Origin: a virus
Taxonomy: Duplodnaviria > Heunggongvirae > Uroviricota > Caudoviricetes
Length of the DNA: 64,000 bases
Virus record (IMG/VR): IMGVR_UViG_2671180676_000004
Location: 2,122 to 66,121 of that record
Reading direction: 5' to 3' (one strand)
Shown: piece after piece, positions 11,340 to 20,897 of the stretch
How the letters are laid out: every line of letters starts with the position of its first letter
How positions within the stretch are numbered: the stretch's first letter is position 1
The notes under the pieces: generated by a model
Seen by the model: only the letters and a program-made list of their open reading frames with translations
Databases searched by the model: none
What the model was told of the DNA's origin: nothing
Position numbers and translations under genes: made by a program

Positions 11340-11375
11340 GAGAACTGATTAGGCGGTGCAATGCACCGCCTTTTA

Positions 11376-12476
11376 TCACACTGCGCGGAATGCGATCTCG
11401 CCAGGTATTACTTCGCCTTGCCAATACATTTGGGCAGCAACGCGATCTGCGAGGTCACGATAAATAGCCGTAAATTCGCTATCTGGACGACTAATAACGG
11501 TTGGTGTTCCGTTATCCAGATCTTCACGAAGAGAGATATGAAGTGGCATTTGGCCTAACAACTGCGTGTTGTATTTCTCGGCCAGTTTCTGTGCGCCACC
11601 GGTGCCAAAAATTGGCTCGTGATGACCGCAGTTACTGCAAATATGCACACTCATGTTTTCGACGATACCCAGTACCGGCACTTCGACTTTTTCGAACATC
11701 ACAATGCCTTTCTTCGCATCGATCAGCGCGATGTCTTGCGGCGTAGTTACCACAACCGCACCAGTTACAGGAATGTTCTGCGCCAGCGTCAACTGAATAT
11801 CACCAGTGCCCGGCGGCATATCGAGAACGAGATAGTCCAGATCAGGCCATAGAGTTTCCTGCAACATCTGCATCAGCGCCTTGCTGGCCATCGGTCCACG
11901 CCACACCATTGCATTGTCGTCGGTGACCAGATAACCAATAGAGTTGGTTGCCAGGCCATGAGACATGATAGGTGCCATGTGAGTACCGTCCGGTGAGGTT
12001 GGACGTTGGTTTTCCGCGCCCAGCATGGTTGGAATTGATGGACCATAGATATCGGCATCCAAAATACCAACTTTCGCACCTTCAGCAGCCAACGCCAGTG
12101 CCAGGTTTACCGCCGTGGAGGATTTACCCACGCCGCCCTTGCCTGAGCTGACGGCGATAATGTTCTTAACGCCATTAATGCCTGGTTGGTTTTTGACGCG
12201 CTTAAGCGTGGCAATGTTGTACGACAGCTTCCAGTCAATAGCCTTTGCGCCAGTGATACGGAGCAGATCACCACTACATTGCTCTTTCAGGTCTTCAAAA
12301 GGCTTATTCCACACGAAAGGCATGATTAGTTCGACATGCAGTGTGTCATCCATCAACGCAACATGGTGTAACGCTTTAAGCGTAGTCAGGTTGTGTTTCA
12401 GGGTTGGGTGCTGAAAATTAGCCAGCGTACCGGCTACCATTGCTCTCAGGGCATCCGGCGATTTGGACTCGCTCAT
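11376..12476 (-). CDS. apbC: Fe-S cluster carrier ATPase ApbC/Mrp
   Basis: 366 aa; P-loop GKGGVGKS; CxxC pair; divergent from metG as in Escherichia chromosomes. Confidence 0.9.
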   Translation of the reverse strand: MSESKSPDALRAMVAGTLANFQHPTLKHNLTTLKALHHVALMDDTLHVELIMPFVWNKPFEDLKEQCSGDLLRITGAKAIDWKLSYNIATLKRVKNQPGINGVKNIIAVSSGKGGVGKSSTAVNLALALAAEGAKVGILDADIYGPSIPTMLGAENQRPTSPDGTHMAPIMSHGLATNSIGYLVTDDNAMVWRGPMASKALMQMLQETLWPDLDYLVLDMPPGTGDIQLTLAQNIPVTGAVVVTTPQDIALIDAKKGIVMFEKVEVPVLGIVENMSVHICSNCGHHEPIFGTGGAQKLAEKYNTQLLGQMPLHISLREDLDNGTPTVISRPDSEFTAIYRDLADRVAAQMYWQGEVIPGEIAFRAV

Positions 12477-12633
12477 CCCGTCTCCTTTATTTTAATTTGC
12501 GCAATTGTCGCCTTGTAGTGTACTCCAGCTACGACATTTAATCATTTATGAGAAATGCTGTTATCACATGGCAGACATAAGGCCATTTTGTTACTATCAA
12601 GCCCCTTTTCACTACAAAGAAGTAATGCCTACT

Positions 12634-14667
12634 ATGACCCAAGTCGCGAAGAAAATTCTGGTGACGTGCGCGCTGCCGTACGCTAACGGCTCAATCCACC
12701 TCGGCCATATGCTGGAGCACATCCAGGCTGATGTCTGGGTTCGTTACCAGCGAATGCGCGGCCACGAGGTTAATTTCATCTGTGCCGACGATGCCCACGG
12801 TACGCCGATCATGCTGAAAGCACAGCAGCTTGGTATCACACCGGAGCAGATGATTGGCGAAATGAGTCAGGAACACCAGACTGATTTCGCAGGCTTTAAC
12901 ATCAGCTATGACAACTATCACTCGACGCACAGCGAAGAGAACCGTCAGTTGTCTGAGCTTATCTATACTCGCCTGAAAGAGAACGGTTTTATTAAAAACC
13001 GCACTATCTCTCAGTTGTACGACCCGGAAAAAGGCATGTTCCTGCCGGATCGTTTTGTAAAAGGCACCTGCCCGAAATGTAAAGCGCCAGATCAATACGG
13101 CGATAACTGTGAAGTCTGCGGCGCAACATATAGCCCGACTGAATTGATCGAGCCGAAATCGGTGGTTTCTGGCGCTACCCCGGTAATGCGTGATTCCGAA
13201 CACTTCTTCTTTGATCTACCTTCTTTCAGCGAAATGTTGCAGGCATGGACCCGCAGCGGCGCGTTGCAGGAGCAGGTGGCGAACAAAATGCAGGAATGGT
13301 TTGAATCCGGCCTGCAACAGTGGGATATATCCCGCGATGCGCCTTACTTCGGTTTTGAAATTCCGAACGCGCCGGGCAAATATTTCTACGTCTGGCTGGA
13401 CGCGCCGATTGGCTACATGGGTTCCTTCAAGAATCTGTGCGACAAGCGCGGCGATACCACCAGCTTCGATGAATACTGGAAGAAAGACTCCACCGCCGAG
13501 CTGTACCACTTCATCGGTAAAGATATTGTTTACTTCCACAGCCTGTTCTGGCCTGCCATGCTGGAAGGCAGCAACTTCCGCAAGCCGACCAACCTGTTTG
13601 TTCATGGCTATGTGACGGTGAACGGCGCGAAGATGTCCAAGTCTCGCGGCACCTTTATTAAAGCCAGCACCTGGCTGAATCATTTTGACGCTGACAGCCT
13701 GCGTTACTACTACACTGCGAAACTCTCTTCGCGTATTGATGATATCGATCTCAACCTGGAGGATTTCGTTCAGCGTGTGAATGCCGATATCGTTAACAAA
13801 GTGGTTAACCTGGCGTCCCGTAACGCTGGCTTTATCAATAAGCGTTTTGACGGTGTGCTGGCAGGCGAACTGGCTGACCCGCAACTGTATAAAACCTTCA
13901 CTGATGCTGCTGAAGTGATTGGTGAAGCATGGGAAAGCCGCGAATTTGGTAAAGCTATCCGTGAAATCATGGCATTGGCTGACCTGGCTAACCGCTATGT
14001 CGATGAACAGGCTCCGTGGGTGGTGGCGAAGCAGGAAGGACGCGATGCCGATCTGCAGGCGATTTGCTCTATGGGCATTAACCTGTTCCGCGTGCTGATG
14101 ACGTACCTGAAGCCGGTACTGCCGAAACTGACTGAACGTGCAGAAGCATTCCTGAATACAGAACTGACCTGGGATGGTATCCAGCAACCGCTGCTGGGCC
14201 ATAAAGTGAATCCGTTCAAGGCACTGTATAACCGCATCGATATGAAGCAGGTTGAAGCACTGGTGGAAGCATCCAAAGAAGAAGTGAAAGCCACAGCCGC
14301 ACCGGTAACTGGCCCACTGGCTGACGACCCGATTCAGGAAACTATCACCTTTGACGACTTCGCCAAAGTTGACCTGCGCGTGGCGCTGATTGAAAACGCA
14401 GAGTTTGTAGAAGGTTCTGACAAACTGCTTCGCCTGACGCTGGATCTCGGTGGTGAAAAGCGTAATGTCTTCTCAGGCATCCGTTCCGCTTATCCAGATC
14501 CACAGGCACTGATTGGTCGTCACACCATTATGGTGGCTAACCTGGCACCACGTAAAATGCGCTTCGGTATCTCTGAAGGCATGGTGATGGCTGCTGGCCC
14601 CGGCGGGAAAGATATCTTCCTGTTAAGCCCGGATGCTGGTGCTAAACCTGGCCACCAGGTTAAGTAA
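12634..14667 (+). CDS. metG: methionine--tRNA ligase
   Basis: 677 aa from ATG 12634 ([26 protein letters not shown]); HIGH-type and KMSKS motifs; zinc knuckle CPKC...CEVC; C-terminal tRNA-binding domain; intrinsic terminator at 14690-14713. Confidence 0.95.
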   Translation: MTQVAKKILVTCALPYANGSIHLGHMLEHIQADVWVRYQRMRGHEVNFICADDAHGTPIMLKAQQLGITPEQMIGEMSQEHQTDFAGFNISYDNYHSTHSEENRQLSELIYTRLKENGFIKNRTISQLYDPEKGMFLPDRFVKGTCPKCKAPDQYGDNCEVCGATYSPTELIEPKSVVSGATPVMRDSEHFFFDLPSFSEMLQAWTRSGALQEQVANKMQEWFESGLQQWDISRDAPYFGFEIPNAPGKYFYVWLDAPIGYMGSFKNLCDKRGDTTSFDEYWKKDSTAELYHFIGKDIVYFHSLFWPAMLEGSNFRKPTNLFVHGYVTVNGAKMSKSRGTFIKASTWLNHFDADSLRYYYTAKLSSRIDDIDLNLEDFVQRVNADIVNKVVNLASRNAGFINKRFDGVLAGELADPQLYKTFTDAAEVIGEAWESREFGKAIREIMALADLANRYVDEQAPWVVAKQEGRDADLQAICSMGINLFRVLMTYLKPVLPKLTERAEAFLNTELTWDGIQQPLLGHKVNPFKALYNRIDMKQVEALVEASKEEVKATAAPVTGPLADDPIQETITFDDFAKVDLRVALIENAEFVEGSDKLLRLTLDLGGEKRNVFSGIRSAYPDPQALIGRHTIMVANLAPRKMRFGISEGMVMAAGPGGKDIFLLSPDAGAKPGHQVK

Positions 14668-14689
14668 TTAAACAACCTCTCTTCGCAAT

Positions 14690-14713
14690 GCCCGGCAACA
14701 CGCCGGGCATTTT
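14690..14713 (+). terminator. intrinsic terminator of metG
   Basis: GCCCGGC-aacac-GCCGGGC followed by ATTTT. Confidence 0.7.
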
Positions 14714-14750
14714 CATATAGACACAATCCCTTCTGATTTACACAGTACCT

Positions 14751-14765
14751 AAAACAATTTGTTTT
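14751..14765. promoter_or_regulatory. palindromic operator-like site
   Basis: AAAACAA-T-TTGTTTT, first of a tandem pair after metG terminator. Confidence 0.5.
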
Positions 14766-14801
14766 CTACCTTTTGTTGATGGAGATAATAAACCACATAA
14801 G

Positions 14802-14816
14802 AAAACAACTTGTTTT
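14802..14816. promoter_or_regulatory. palindromic operator-like site
   Basis: AAAACAA-C-TTGTTTT, 13 bp upstream of ATG 14829. Confidence 0.5.
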
Positions 14817-14828
14817 GGAGTGGTTGAA

Positions 14829-15128
14829 ATGTTGAACATTACCCAAGCCTACCAGGTGGCATTGATCAGCTCATCTCATACATCAGAGGAAGATGCTCGC
14901 CGATTCATGATCGCAAGCAATGAGCTGGATTGGGTTTCACAAATTGAGTACGGTTGCATTGTCCACGCCGGGTTACAGGACGATGACTGGAAAGATGAGT
15001 TGCGTCGATATGGTATATCCGAGGGCGCGATTGCGAACATTCAGAAAGTACTTGATGTAGGCTTTGACTCTGTACATTTTGATTGTGGTGCACCGGTCGT
15101 TGAAGGGCTAGAGTGCTGGCAATGGTAA
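14829..15128 (+). CDS. hypothetical protein (first gene after metG)
   Basis: ATG 14829 with GGAG 8 bp upstream; two palindromes (14751-14765, 14802-14816) immediately upstream. Confidence 0.35.
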   Translation: MLNITQAYQVALISSSHTSEEDARRFMIASNELDWVSQIEYGCIVHAGLQDDDWKDELRRYGISEGAIANIQKVLDVGFDSVHFDCGAPVVEGLECWQW

Positions 15129-15164
15129 TCCGGCAATCGCTTCATACTAGACAACGGAGAATTT

Positions 15165-15350
15165 ATGCTTAAAGAAGACTCATATCTACTAAAGGCGCTT
15201 GAAATGCGTGGCGTTGAACCTACAGTGAAAAACGCTCACGATATCTACCTTCAGTTTTCACCGGAGCTGAAACGGTTCATAAATCAATACGGGGTTAATG
15301 ACTCAAGTGTTAAAGCAATGATAGATGATGAATTAGACCATCTCATCTAA
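15165..15350 (+). CDS. hypothetical small protein
   Basis: 61-aa ORF with GGAG upstream. Confidence 0.3.
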   Translation: MLKEDSYLLKALEMRGVEPTVKNAHDIYLQFSPELKRFINQYGVNDSSVKAMIDDELDHLI

Positions 15351-15502
15351 TCGTTTCCTATGATAATGGTTTTCACTTTGAGATTGTTATTTTTCATAGC
15401 TAAAGCTGATGTTTGTGGAAGGTGGATTGATAAACGGATGCGTATTTAGGTTATACAAGTGAGAAAATTGATAATATATAAACGCGATTTTTATGTGATG
15501 GA

Positions 15503-16072
15503 ATGGATGTGATGGAAACCCAGAACCAACAAACAAAACCTCTGAATAACATTTATGCGTGGATTCTAGCGTTCATGCCTTTCTTCTTTGGAGTATCGCC
15601 GGAAGAGTATACCAATTACGCTATTATAATTGGGGGTGTAACTACCATCGGTTTGTTAGTAGCTGACAGAATGGCTCTATCGGAGTCTGGCTGTGAACCA
15701 CCTTCAATTCTATGGGGGGTATTCCTCCTGCCTGTCTATCTCTGGAAGCGCGCGACTATTACAAAAGGCAGCAGAGTGCCATTTATCATAATCGTTGCGT
15801 CGCTGGCTTGGGTTATCTTCATCGGCATCCCACACAAGGACGAGGTTGCTCTTGAAGAAGCAGCCTGCCCTCTCGTGACAACTATTCTGAAAGAGAATAA
15901 CGGTTCGACTGCACCAAAATGTATGAAGGTGACAATAGAGGACAAGGTGACGGATAAGTTCTATAGAGCAACGGCTACACTAGACAATGGTAATGACATT
16001 AACATTACTCTGGAACTTACCGGCGACAGGAACTTCTACGTCCGTGTTCCAAATGTTTATCTGAACAACTAA
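15503..16072 (+). CDS. integral membrane protein
   Basis: 189 aa with 3-4 predicted hydrophobic helices. Confidence 0.4.
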   Translation: MDVMETQNQQTKPLNNIYAWILAFMPFFFGVSPEEYTNYAIIIGGVTTIGLLVADRMALSESGCEPPSILWGVFLLPVYLWKRATITKGSRVPFIIIVASLAWVIFIGIPHKDEVALEEAACPLVTTILKENNGSTAPKCMKVTIEDKVTDKFYRATATLDNGNDINITLELTGDRNFYVRVPNVYLNN

Positions 16073-16189
16073 CGGTTGCAACTCATTGATAATGGCGGTC
16101 ACAATTTGATTCTTTTCTATAAGAATCCGTTGATCGCCACTACTCCCCTTCCATACCCGCAATCACATCCTTAAATATCAATAAGTTAT

Positions 16190-16990
16190 AGTTGTTTATA
16201 CAATCAAGAAAACAACTGAATAACAGATCAACGAAACATCAACGCTTTCACCCGATTTGGTCTAAAAAATTGACGTTTTCACACATCACTGCTTATACCC
16301 GTAATTCTACGCAGCAGACAGCGCCACAGCGTCCAATTTTCACCACAGACGACCCAACACACTACCAACAAAAACACACGCTCAAAATCGTTCCCGTTGC
16401 GTTACATAACCATATAAACAACTTATTTCAGGCATAACAAAACAACTAAATAACACATATGCCATTCCCAAAACAACCAACCTCTTTATGGCAGGCTACC
16501 GAAAAGACCCACCTCTTCTTCCCAGGCTACCGGACAACCAACCTAACTTTCACAGGCAATCCGAAAACATTCATACGCGCGATACCCACGACACGCCATT
16601 ACCCAAACAGCGAAGAAACATCAGAATCACTGAAACCCCAACGAAGCCTGTAACCGCAAGGTTTCTCTCAATCCCAAAAGACACGAAACATAACAATCAC
16701 GGGAAACGCCATTACCCAATACACGAATAACTACAAAAGCCCTTCACGCACTCCAGACAAACAACTCAAACACAATAACGAAAGGAATCGCCCACCTGCC
16801 ATTACTCCATACACGGAGAAGAACAATCACCAAAACGACGAGAACACCCCATAGAAGAACCACCGCAAAACGAACGAAACCATTTACACCGACAGAGAGA
16901 ACAACACGCCCAATTCACCAACAGAAATAGTCGCCGTATAGAACGTTCTGGAAGGAGTGAGCATTAACGCCTATAGAGAGGTTGAGACAG
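16190..16990. repeat. strand-asymmetric A/C-rich non-coding region with degenerate repeats
   Basis: Plus strand almost devoid of G/T runs; recurring units (GCCATTACCCAA..ACA at about 16596, 16709, 16798; CAGGCTACCG at about 16490, 16525); only low-complexity ORFs. Confidence 0.5.
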
Positions 16991-17141
16991 ATAAAACACG
17001 AAGAAAACACAACATGTATAGCGAAGAAGCCAGGTATGTATAAGTGGGGAGGGAAGGAGGGGTGTCGCCTCCTTTTTCGTATTTATTCAACTCCTGATTT
17101 TATCCCCCGTAACACCCCTACGGTCAGCCTTCGGTCCATAC

Positions 17142-17285
17142 AGGGAAAAGGTTGCATCCCGCTACAGAAACGGCTGGGTTGCCTTCGGGGAACGGCTGGA
17201 GGTTTTCAGGGAAACGGTCGAGTTGCCTGTGTGGATTTCGGGAAAAGGCTCGATGCCGGTTCAGGAACGGCGGCGTACCGGTATA
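17142..17285. repeat. iteron-like direct repeat array (about six units of 21-23 bp, core GGGAAACGG)
   Basis: cagGGAAAAGGttgc / cagAAACGGctgg / cgGGGAACGGctgg / cagGGAAACGGtcg / cgGGAAAAGGctcg / cAGGAACGGcgg in head-to-tail arrangement. Confidence 0.55.
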
Positions 17286-17608
17286 GCGTGAGGGAGAGTT
17301 GCGGCTACCCACCTGTAATGTGCGGGAAGAAGAGAGGCGCTCACGTGCAGGCGAACTTACTTACCGCTGGATTCCCTCTGAATGCCCAGCTACAGCGTAA
17401 TTGTGCCAGACAGCCAACGGGTCACAATCGATTTCAGTAGGTTTTCGGGGAGAGGATTATTCTGCCCACCAGCCACCTTCGGCCACTAAATCAGAATAAT
17501 GTAAAAAGTGTACTCGATACTGAACCTGAAAACTCACTGCCAAAACAACATTCACCGGAATAAAATCCTTTTTCGCCTGTGCGTTATTGCGATAATAACA
17601 CCAACGAG

Positions 17609-17623
17609 AAAACAATTTGTTTA
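17609..17623. promoter_or_regulatory. palindromic operator-like site
   Basis: AAAACAA-T-TTGTTTA upstream of ATG 17635. Confidence 0.5.
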
Positions 17624-17634
17624 AGGATTGCTTT

Positions 17635-17964
17635 ATGTTTGCAAATATCGACATCAACCAAATCAAGAAATTAACTCAAAAAGAGTTTGATCAGTTTTAT
17701 GAGTTAGAAGGTTGGTCTTCCACTCTGATCAATTCGCGGTGGGTGCTTGAGCTGATGACTCGTGATGACGCACCTGCTTTGATGATTTGCGACATGGGTG
17801 AAGATGCTGACTTTATGGATATGAGCGAATTTTGTGTGGACACATACAACCGCAGCCAGAAGTACTACTTCACATGCGATAGCGAAAATGACGTGATTTC
17901 TAAGGTCTATCTTCACCTCGTCCAGCATTGGGACGTTCAGGAGTTTCTTGAAGTATTCGAGTAA
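17635..17964 (+). CDS. small acidic protein (candidate DNA-mimic / anti-restriction type, speculative)
   Basis: 110 aa from ATG 17635; strongly acidic (DMGEDADFMDMSEF); palindrome 17609-17623 upstream. Confidence 0.4.
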   Translation: MFANIDINQIKKLTQKEFDQFYELEGWSSTLINSRWVLELMTRDDAPALMICDMGEDADFMDMSEFCVDTYNRSQKYYFTCDSENDVISKVYLHLVQHWDVQEFLEVFE

Positions 17965-18092
17965 CCCCAACCAAAGCCAGCAATGCTGGCTTAATTTCTC
18001 TATAGCCGCAGGGAGGAACCTGCATATCGATCATGCACCTGATCATTATGCTTTGTAGCCGTTTTCTTACTGGTATTATTTACGCCATTGAG

Positions 18093-18107
18093 AAAACAAG
18101 TTGTTTA
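18093..18107. promoter_or_regulatory. palindromic operator-like site
   Basis: AAAACAA-G-TTGTTTA upstream of ATG 18118. Confidence 0.5.
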
Positions 18108-18117
18108 CGGAGTTGTG

Positions 18118-18429
18118 ATGAAAAAATCATTGGTTCTTGGTCTGGACAAAGACCAGAAGAGAAAAGAGAAGCCTGCACTGGTTGCTCAATTAACTTTGCT
18201 AGACATCGTTGCCAATGGAACTTCTATTCGTCTGTTCCGTGAAACAGCGGTGTCTTTCGATAAAAACACCTTTACTCGTTATGTAATGAATGTTCGTCGC
18301 CAGCGTGGAAAAGGATGGGTGGCATTTCAAAGAATGTGGCCGGAACATCAGCTCGAACTGGCCTTGATGGAAGTTAACCGCGTGGCCCAGCAAGAAATTC
18401 AGAGAGCATCAGTGATGGCAATAGCCTGA
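18118..18429 (+). CDS. hypothetical protein
   Basis: ATG 18118; palindrome 18093-18107 upstream; terminator 18464-18492 downstream. Confidence 0.4.
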   Translation: MKKSLVLGLDKDQKRKEKPALVAQLTLLDIVANGTSIRLFRETAVSFDKNTFTRYVMNVRRQRGKGWVAFQRMWPEHQLELALMEVNRVAQQEIQRASVMAIA

Positions 18430-18463
18430 TAATGTGCAAGTGGTAATTAGTCGACAGTACGAC

Positions 18464-18492
18464 AGCCCCGCCATCCTTACGGGGCTTTTTTG
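18464..18492 (+). terminator. intrinsic terminator
   Basis: AGCCCCG..CGGGGCT stem followed by TTTTTTG. Confidence 0.65.
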
Positions 18493-18555
18493 TATTGTAA
18501 GTACATACTTACGATCATAGAATATAAAAATAACCAATACACTACGGAGAGTGAA

Positions 18556-18951
18556 ATGACCGTTAAACGCGAAAAACTGACAGTTGATGTTTACTATGCC
18601 TCTGAAACCGCCGAAGGTAAGAATGTGGCAAAAATCACCGTTGTTACGTACAACACCGAAACTGGTGCCGAAGTCCAGGCCAGTACGATCGTGCGTAAAG
18701 GTGACGCCTCCGGCGGCGAGTACGCGACTCAATACCAGTCCATTCTCGATGCAACTGACCCGCTGCTGCTGAAAATCGAGAACTACTTCCGCCAGGTTGA
18801 TGAAGAGGTGTTTGAAACCATGATGAATATGGTTAACACCGTATTCGCCTCCAGCCTGAACACCAGCACCACCTGGATTGGCCAGTACGGTCTGCGCATT
18901 ACCTCTGGCATTCCTGCCGACACCTTAATCCCTGAAAGCGTATTCGCTTAA
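18556..18951 (+). CDS. hypothetical protein
   Basis: ATG 18556 with GGAG upstream; terminator hairpin 18961-18988 downstream. Confidence 0.4.
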   Translation: MTVKREKLTVDVYYASETAEGKNVAKITVVTYNTETGAEVQASTIVRKGDASGGEYATQYQSILDATDPLLLKIENYFRQVDEEVFETMMNMVNTVFASSLNTSTTWIGQYGLRITSGIPADTLIPESVFA

Positions 18952-18960
18952 TCCTCTTTA

Positions 18961-18988
18961 AATGGCGCGTAAACCGCGCCATTTTATT
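18961..18988 (+). terminator. intrinsic terminator
   Basis: AATGGCGCG-taaac-CGCGCCATT followed by TTATTAT. Confidence 0.6.
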
Positions 18989-18995
18989 ATGCCCG

Positions 18996-19010
18996 ATAAC
19001 AATTTGTTTT
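18996..19010. promoter_or_regulatory. palindromic operator-like site (variant half-site)
   Basis: ATAACAA-T-TTGTTTT upstream of ATG 19069. Confidence 0.4.
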
Positions 19011-19068
19011 CTGCCTTATCAGATTTGTGAAAATGATTTCACTGAAGCAACTTAATAAGGAAACCATC

Positions 19069-19443
19069 ATGGGACTTGATATCTATATCGAGACACAGCC
19101 TAAAAACGATCTGAATAACGAGGCATCCAGAAAGCAGGTTGCTTACTTCCGTAAGTTCAATGCGCTCGTTGGGTGGATGGAGCGCAACGTAGGTGAAGTC
19201 GAAAATTGTGAGCTTTTAGAATTAACGATGAATGACATTTGTCTTCTGAAAGCTCATTTGATGCACATAAACGAAAGCAATTGCGAAGAGTACTTGCCTA
19301 CTCGGGAAGGTTTTTTCTTCGGCAGTCAGGAGTACGACGAAGGTTACTGGCATGACGTGGATAAGCTGAAAAAACTTGTGGAAGACCTGATCAGGAACCA
19401 CGACTTTCACAATAACAGACTGACCTTCTGCGCCTGGTGGTAA
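19069..19443 (+). CDS. hypothetical protein
   Basis: ATG 19069 with AAGGA 7 bp upstream; palindrome 18996-19010 upstream. Confidence 0.4.
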   Translation: MGLDIYIETQPKNDLNNEASRKQVAYFRKFNALVGWMERNVGEVENCELLELTMNDICLLKAHLMHINESNCEEYLPTREGFFFGSQEYDEGYWHDVDKLKKLVEDLIRNHDFHNNRLTFCAWW

Positions 19444-19445
19444 AT

Positions 19446-19589
19446 ATGGGCGATTTCAAGAAACGCCTGAAGGAAAGAGCCGAGATGGTCAGAAAGCAAA
19501 ACGCCTCTTCTGTCATCAGATACGCAAGGCAGTTTAGTCGCAACAACAAATCAGTTGAGGAAAAGATCCTTAGCGTAATCGGTCGATAA
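19446..19589 (+). CDS. small basic protein (47 aa)
   Basis: ATG 3 bp after previous stop; Lys/Arg-rich; followed by hairpin 19595-19618; below ORF-track cutoff. Confidence 0.2.
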   Translation: MGDFKKRLKERAEMVRKQNASSVIRYARQFSRNNKSVEEKILSVIGR

Positions 19590-19625
19590 TTATTAAGGCC
19601 ATCAGCATTGATGGCCTTAAATGAC

Positions 19626-19700
19626 CATCCTGTTTCCCGCAGGCTAAAAACACCAACCTCTTACCTCCAGGCAACCGACAAACCCACCTGTTCCCGTCCG
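19626..19700. repeat. inverted-orientation copies of the GGGAAAC iteron core plus CAGGC-ACCGA element
   Basis: cctGTTTCCCgcagg and cctGTTCCCgtccgg (reverse complement of iteron core); segment AACCAACCTCTT..CAGGC.ACCGA..CCCACCT shared with 16470-16510. Confidence 0.4.
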
Positions 19701-19759
19701 GCTACCGCAACTTTCCACTTTGACGCCTTATTCGTACAACGATAATTAACACCAATAAG

Positions 19760-19774
19760 AAAACAATTTGTTAT
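19760..19774. promoter_or_regulatory. palindromic operator-like site
   Basis: AAAACAA-T-TTGTTAT upstream of ATG 19794. Confidence 0.45.
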
Positions 19775-19793
19775 TTACGATAAGGAATTAATC

Positions 19794-20276
19794 ATGAATT
19801 TTATCGCTACTGTAAACGCACCCGCACATGGCAATATCGCTGTAACGTTCTCTGACATTGAAAAACGAGTACTTGGTGCATGGCGCGACAATGAGACGGT
19901 AGAACTGTCAGCACAAGAAAAATGCATTATTGCACGCGACATCATTGGCAATCGTCGTTACTCGCGGGTATTTGAGAAAGCGTATGTGGTAAATTCTGGA
20001 TTCGGAACGTTCGTCTTTCCGGTGCGCTCCGGGCGATTCTGCCAGTCCAAGCTGATTGAGTTCGCTACGCAGATTTCTGTCTGGATTAAAACTCAATCGT
20101 CGTTCAAATTTTCCGACGATGAAGCAGTATCGCAGGGGATGCGGATCGCCAACAATGCGATTAAATGCAAAAACATTACGTATACCGCTGGCGTTGACAC
20201 ATGGAAACTGTTTTGCGCTAACTTTATGCTGAATGTATACGCAAGCAACCGCATCCACATCCTTGATGGCGTGTAA
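19794..20276 (+). CDS. hypothetical protein
   Basis: 160 aa; palindrome 19760-19774 upstream; hairpin 20285-20302 downstream. Confidence 0.45.
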   Translation: MNFIATVNAPAHGNIAVTFSDIEKRVLGAWRDNETVELSAQEKCIIARDIIGNRRYSRVFEKAYVVNSGFGTFVFPVRSGRFCQSKLIEFATQISVWIKTQSSFKFSDDEAVSQGMRIANNAIKCKNITYTAGVDTWKLFCANFMLNVYASNRIHILDGV

Positions 20277-20324
20277 CTGAGAAGAGGGCCAGAAACGGCC
20301 CTTTATCTATAGCCACCAGCTGCC

Positions 20325-20412
20325 GCAGGGAAATTTTCAGAAACGGCGAGGAACGTATTCATGAGCCGACGGGGAACGGCCAGGATTTTTTCGGGAAACG
20401 GCTGCATTCGCC
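20325..20412. repeat. second iteron-like array (three to four units, core GGGAAACGG)
   Basis: cagGGAAAtttt / cagAAACGGcgagg / cgGGGAACGGccagg / cGGGAAACGGctgc. Confidence 0.5.
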
Positions 20413-20863
20413 TTTATGTAGAAAAAACATCGGGAAGCTGGTGGAATCCAACCAGCGGTTGTCGGACAGGTGAGCGGGGAAAATTATGATGACTTTCGTC
20501 ACCTGAGACATCCAGATTTCTTTCGTAGCATAATTACATACGTGATTAAGTGGTGTGATTATGTGAAAAATCACGCGCACATAATACGCGAGCGGATACG
20601 GAACAAAACAAAATGCCGATCCGCGCCGACAAATAAACGCGGATCATAAAGCAAGACTAAAAGCCAATGATTAACCATACTCTATAGCGCAATATAACGC
20701 GTTTTAAGCGCGTTAATGTGTTAAGTAATGGGTATGTACTGGTAAGGATATAAAAGCGCGTCTATGGCGTTATTTTGGCGCTTATTTTTATGTTGTTGGA
20801 GTGAGTTAAAGACAATAAAAAACGCGCTAATGATGGCGCGTTATGGTGGGAGTATTGGAAACG

Positions 20864-20897
20864 AAAAAAGCGCCCATAGTGGGCGCTCGATTTTATT
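20864..20897. terminator. bidirectional terminator-like hairpin
   Basis: AAAAAA-GCGCCCA-tag-TGGGCGC-tcga-TTTTATTT; same stem reappears inverted at 21364-21382. Confidence 0.55.

Noticed and set aside
13216-14202. 328-aa minus-strand ORF and other antisense or alternative-frame ORFs inside metG, hsdR, hsdM and the tape measure gene
   Set aside because: Fully embedded in long, confidently assigned genes; no ribosome-binding sites or family resemblance; typical spurious ORFs.
14668-14830. Prophage attachment site or integrase at the metG boundary
   Set aside because: No integrase or recombinase gene, no tRNA gene and no obvious direct repeat were found in the window, so I could not define integration boundaries and did not annotate att sites.
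17142-17285. Possible CRISPR array
   Set aside because: The repeats are degenerate, about 22 bp, directly abutting with no unique spacers of regular length, and no cas genes are present; they fit iterons, not CRISPR.
16192-17440. ORFs 16192-16437, 16459-16653, 16488-16730 and 16982-17440
   Set aside because: Translations are low-complexity (Pro/Thr/Gln/His-rich or Gly/Arg-rich) products of the strand-biased repeat tract and iteron array; treated as non-coding.
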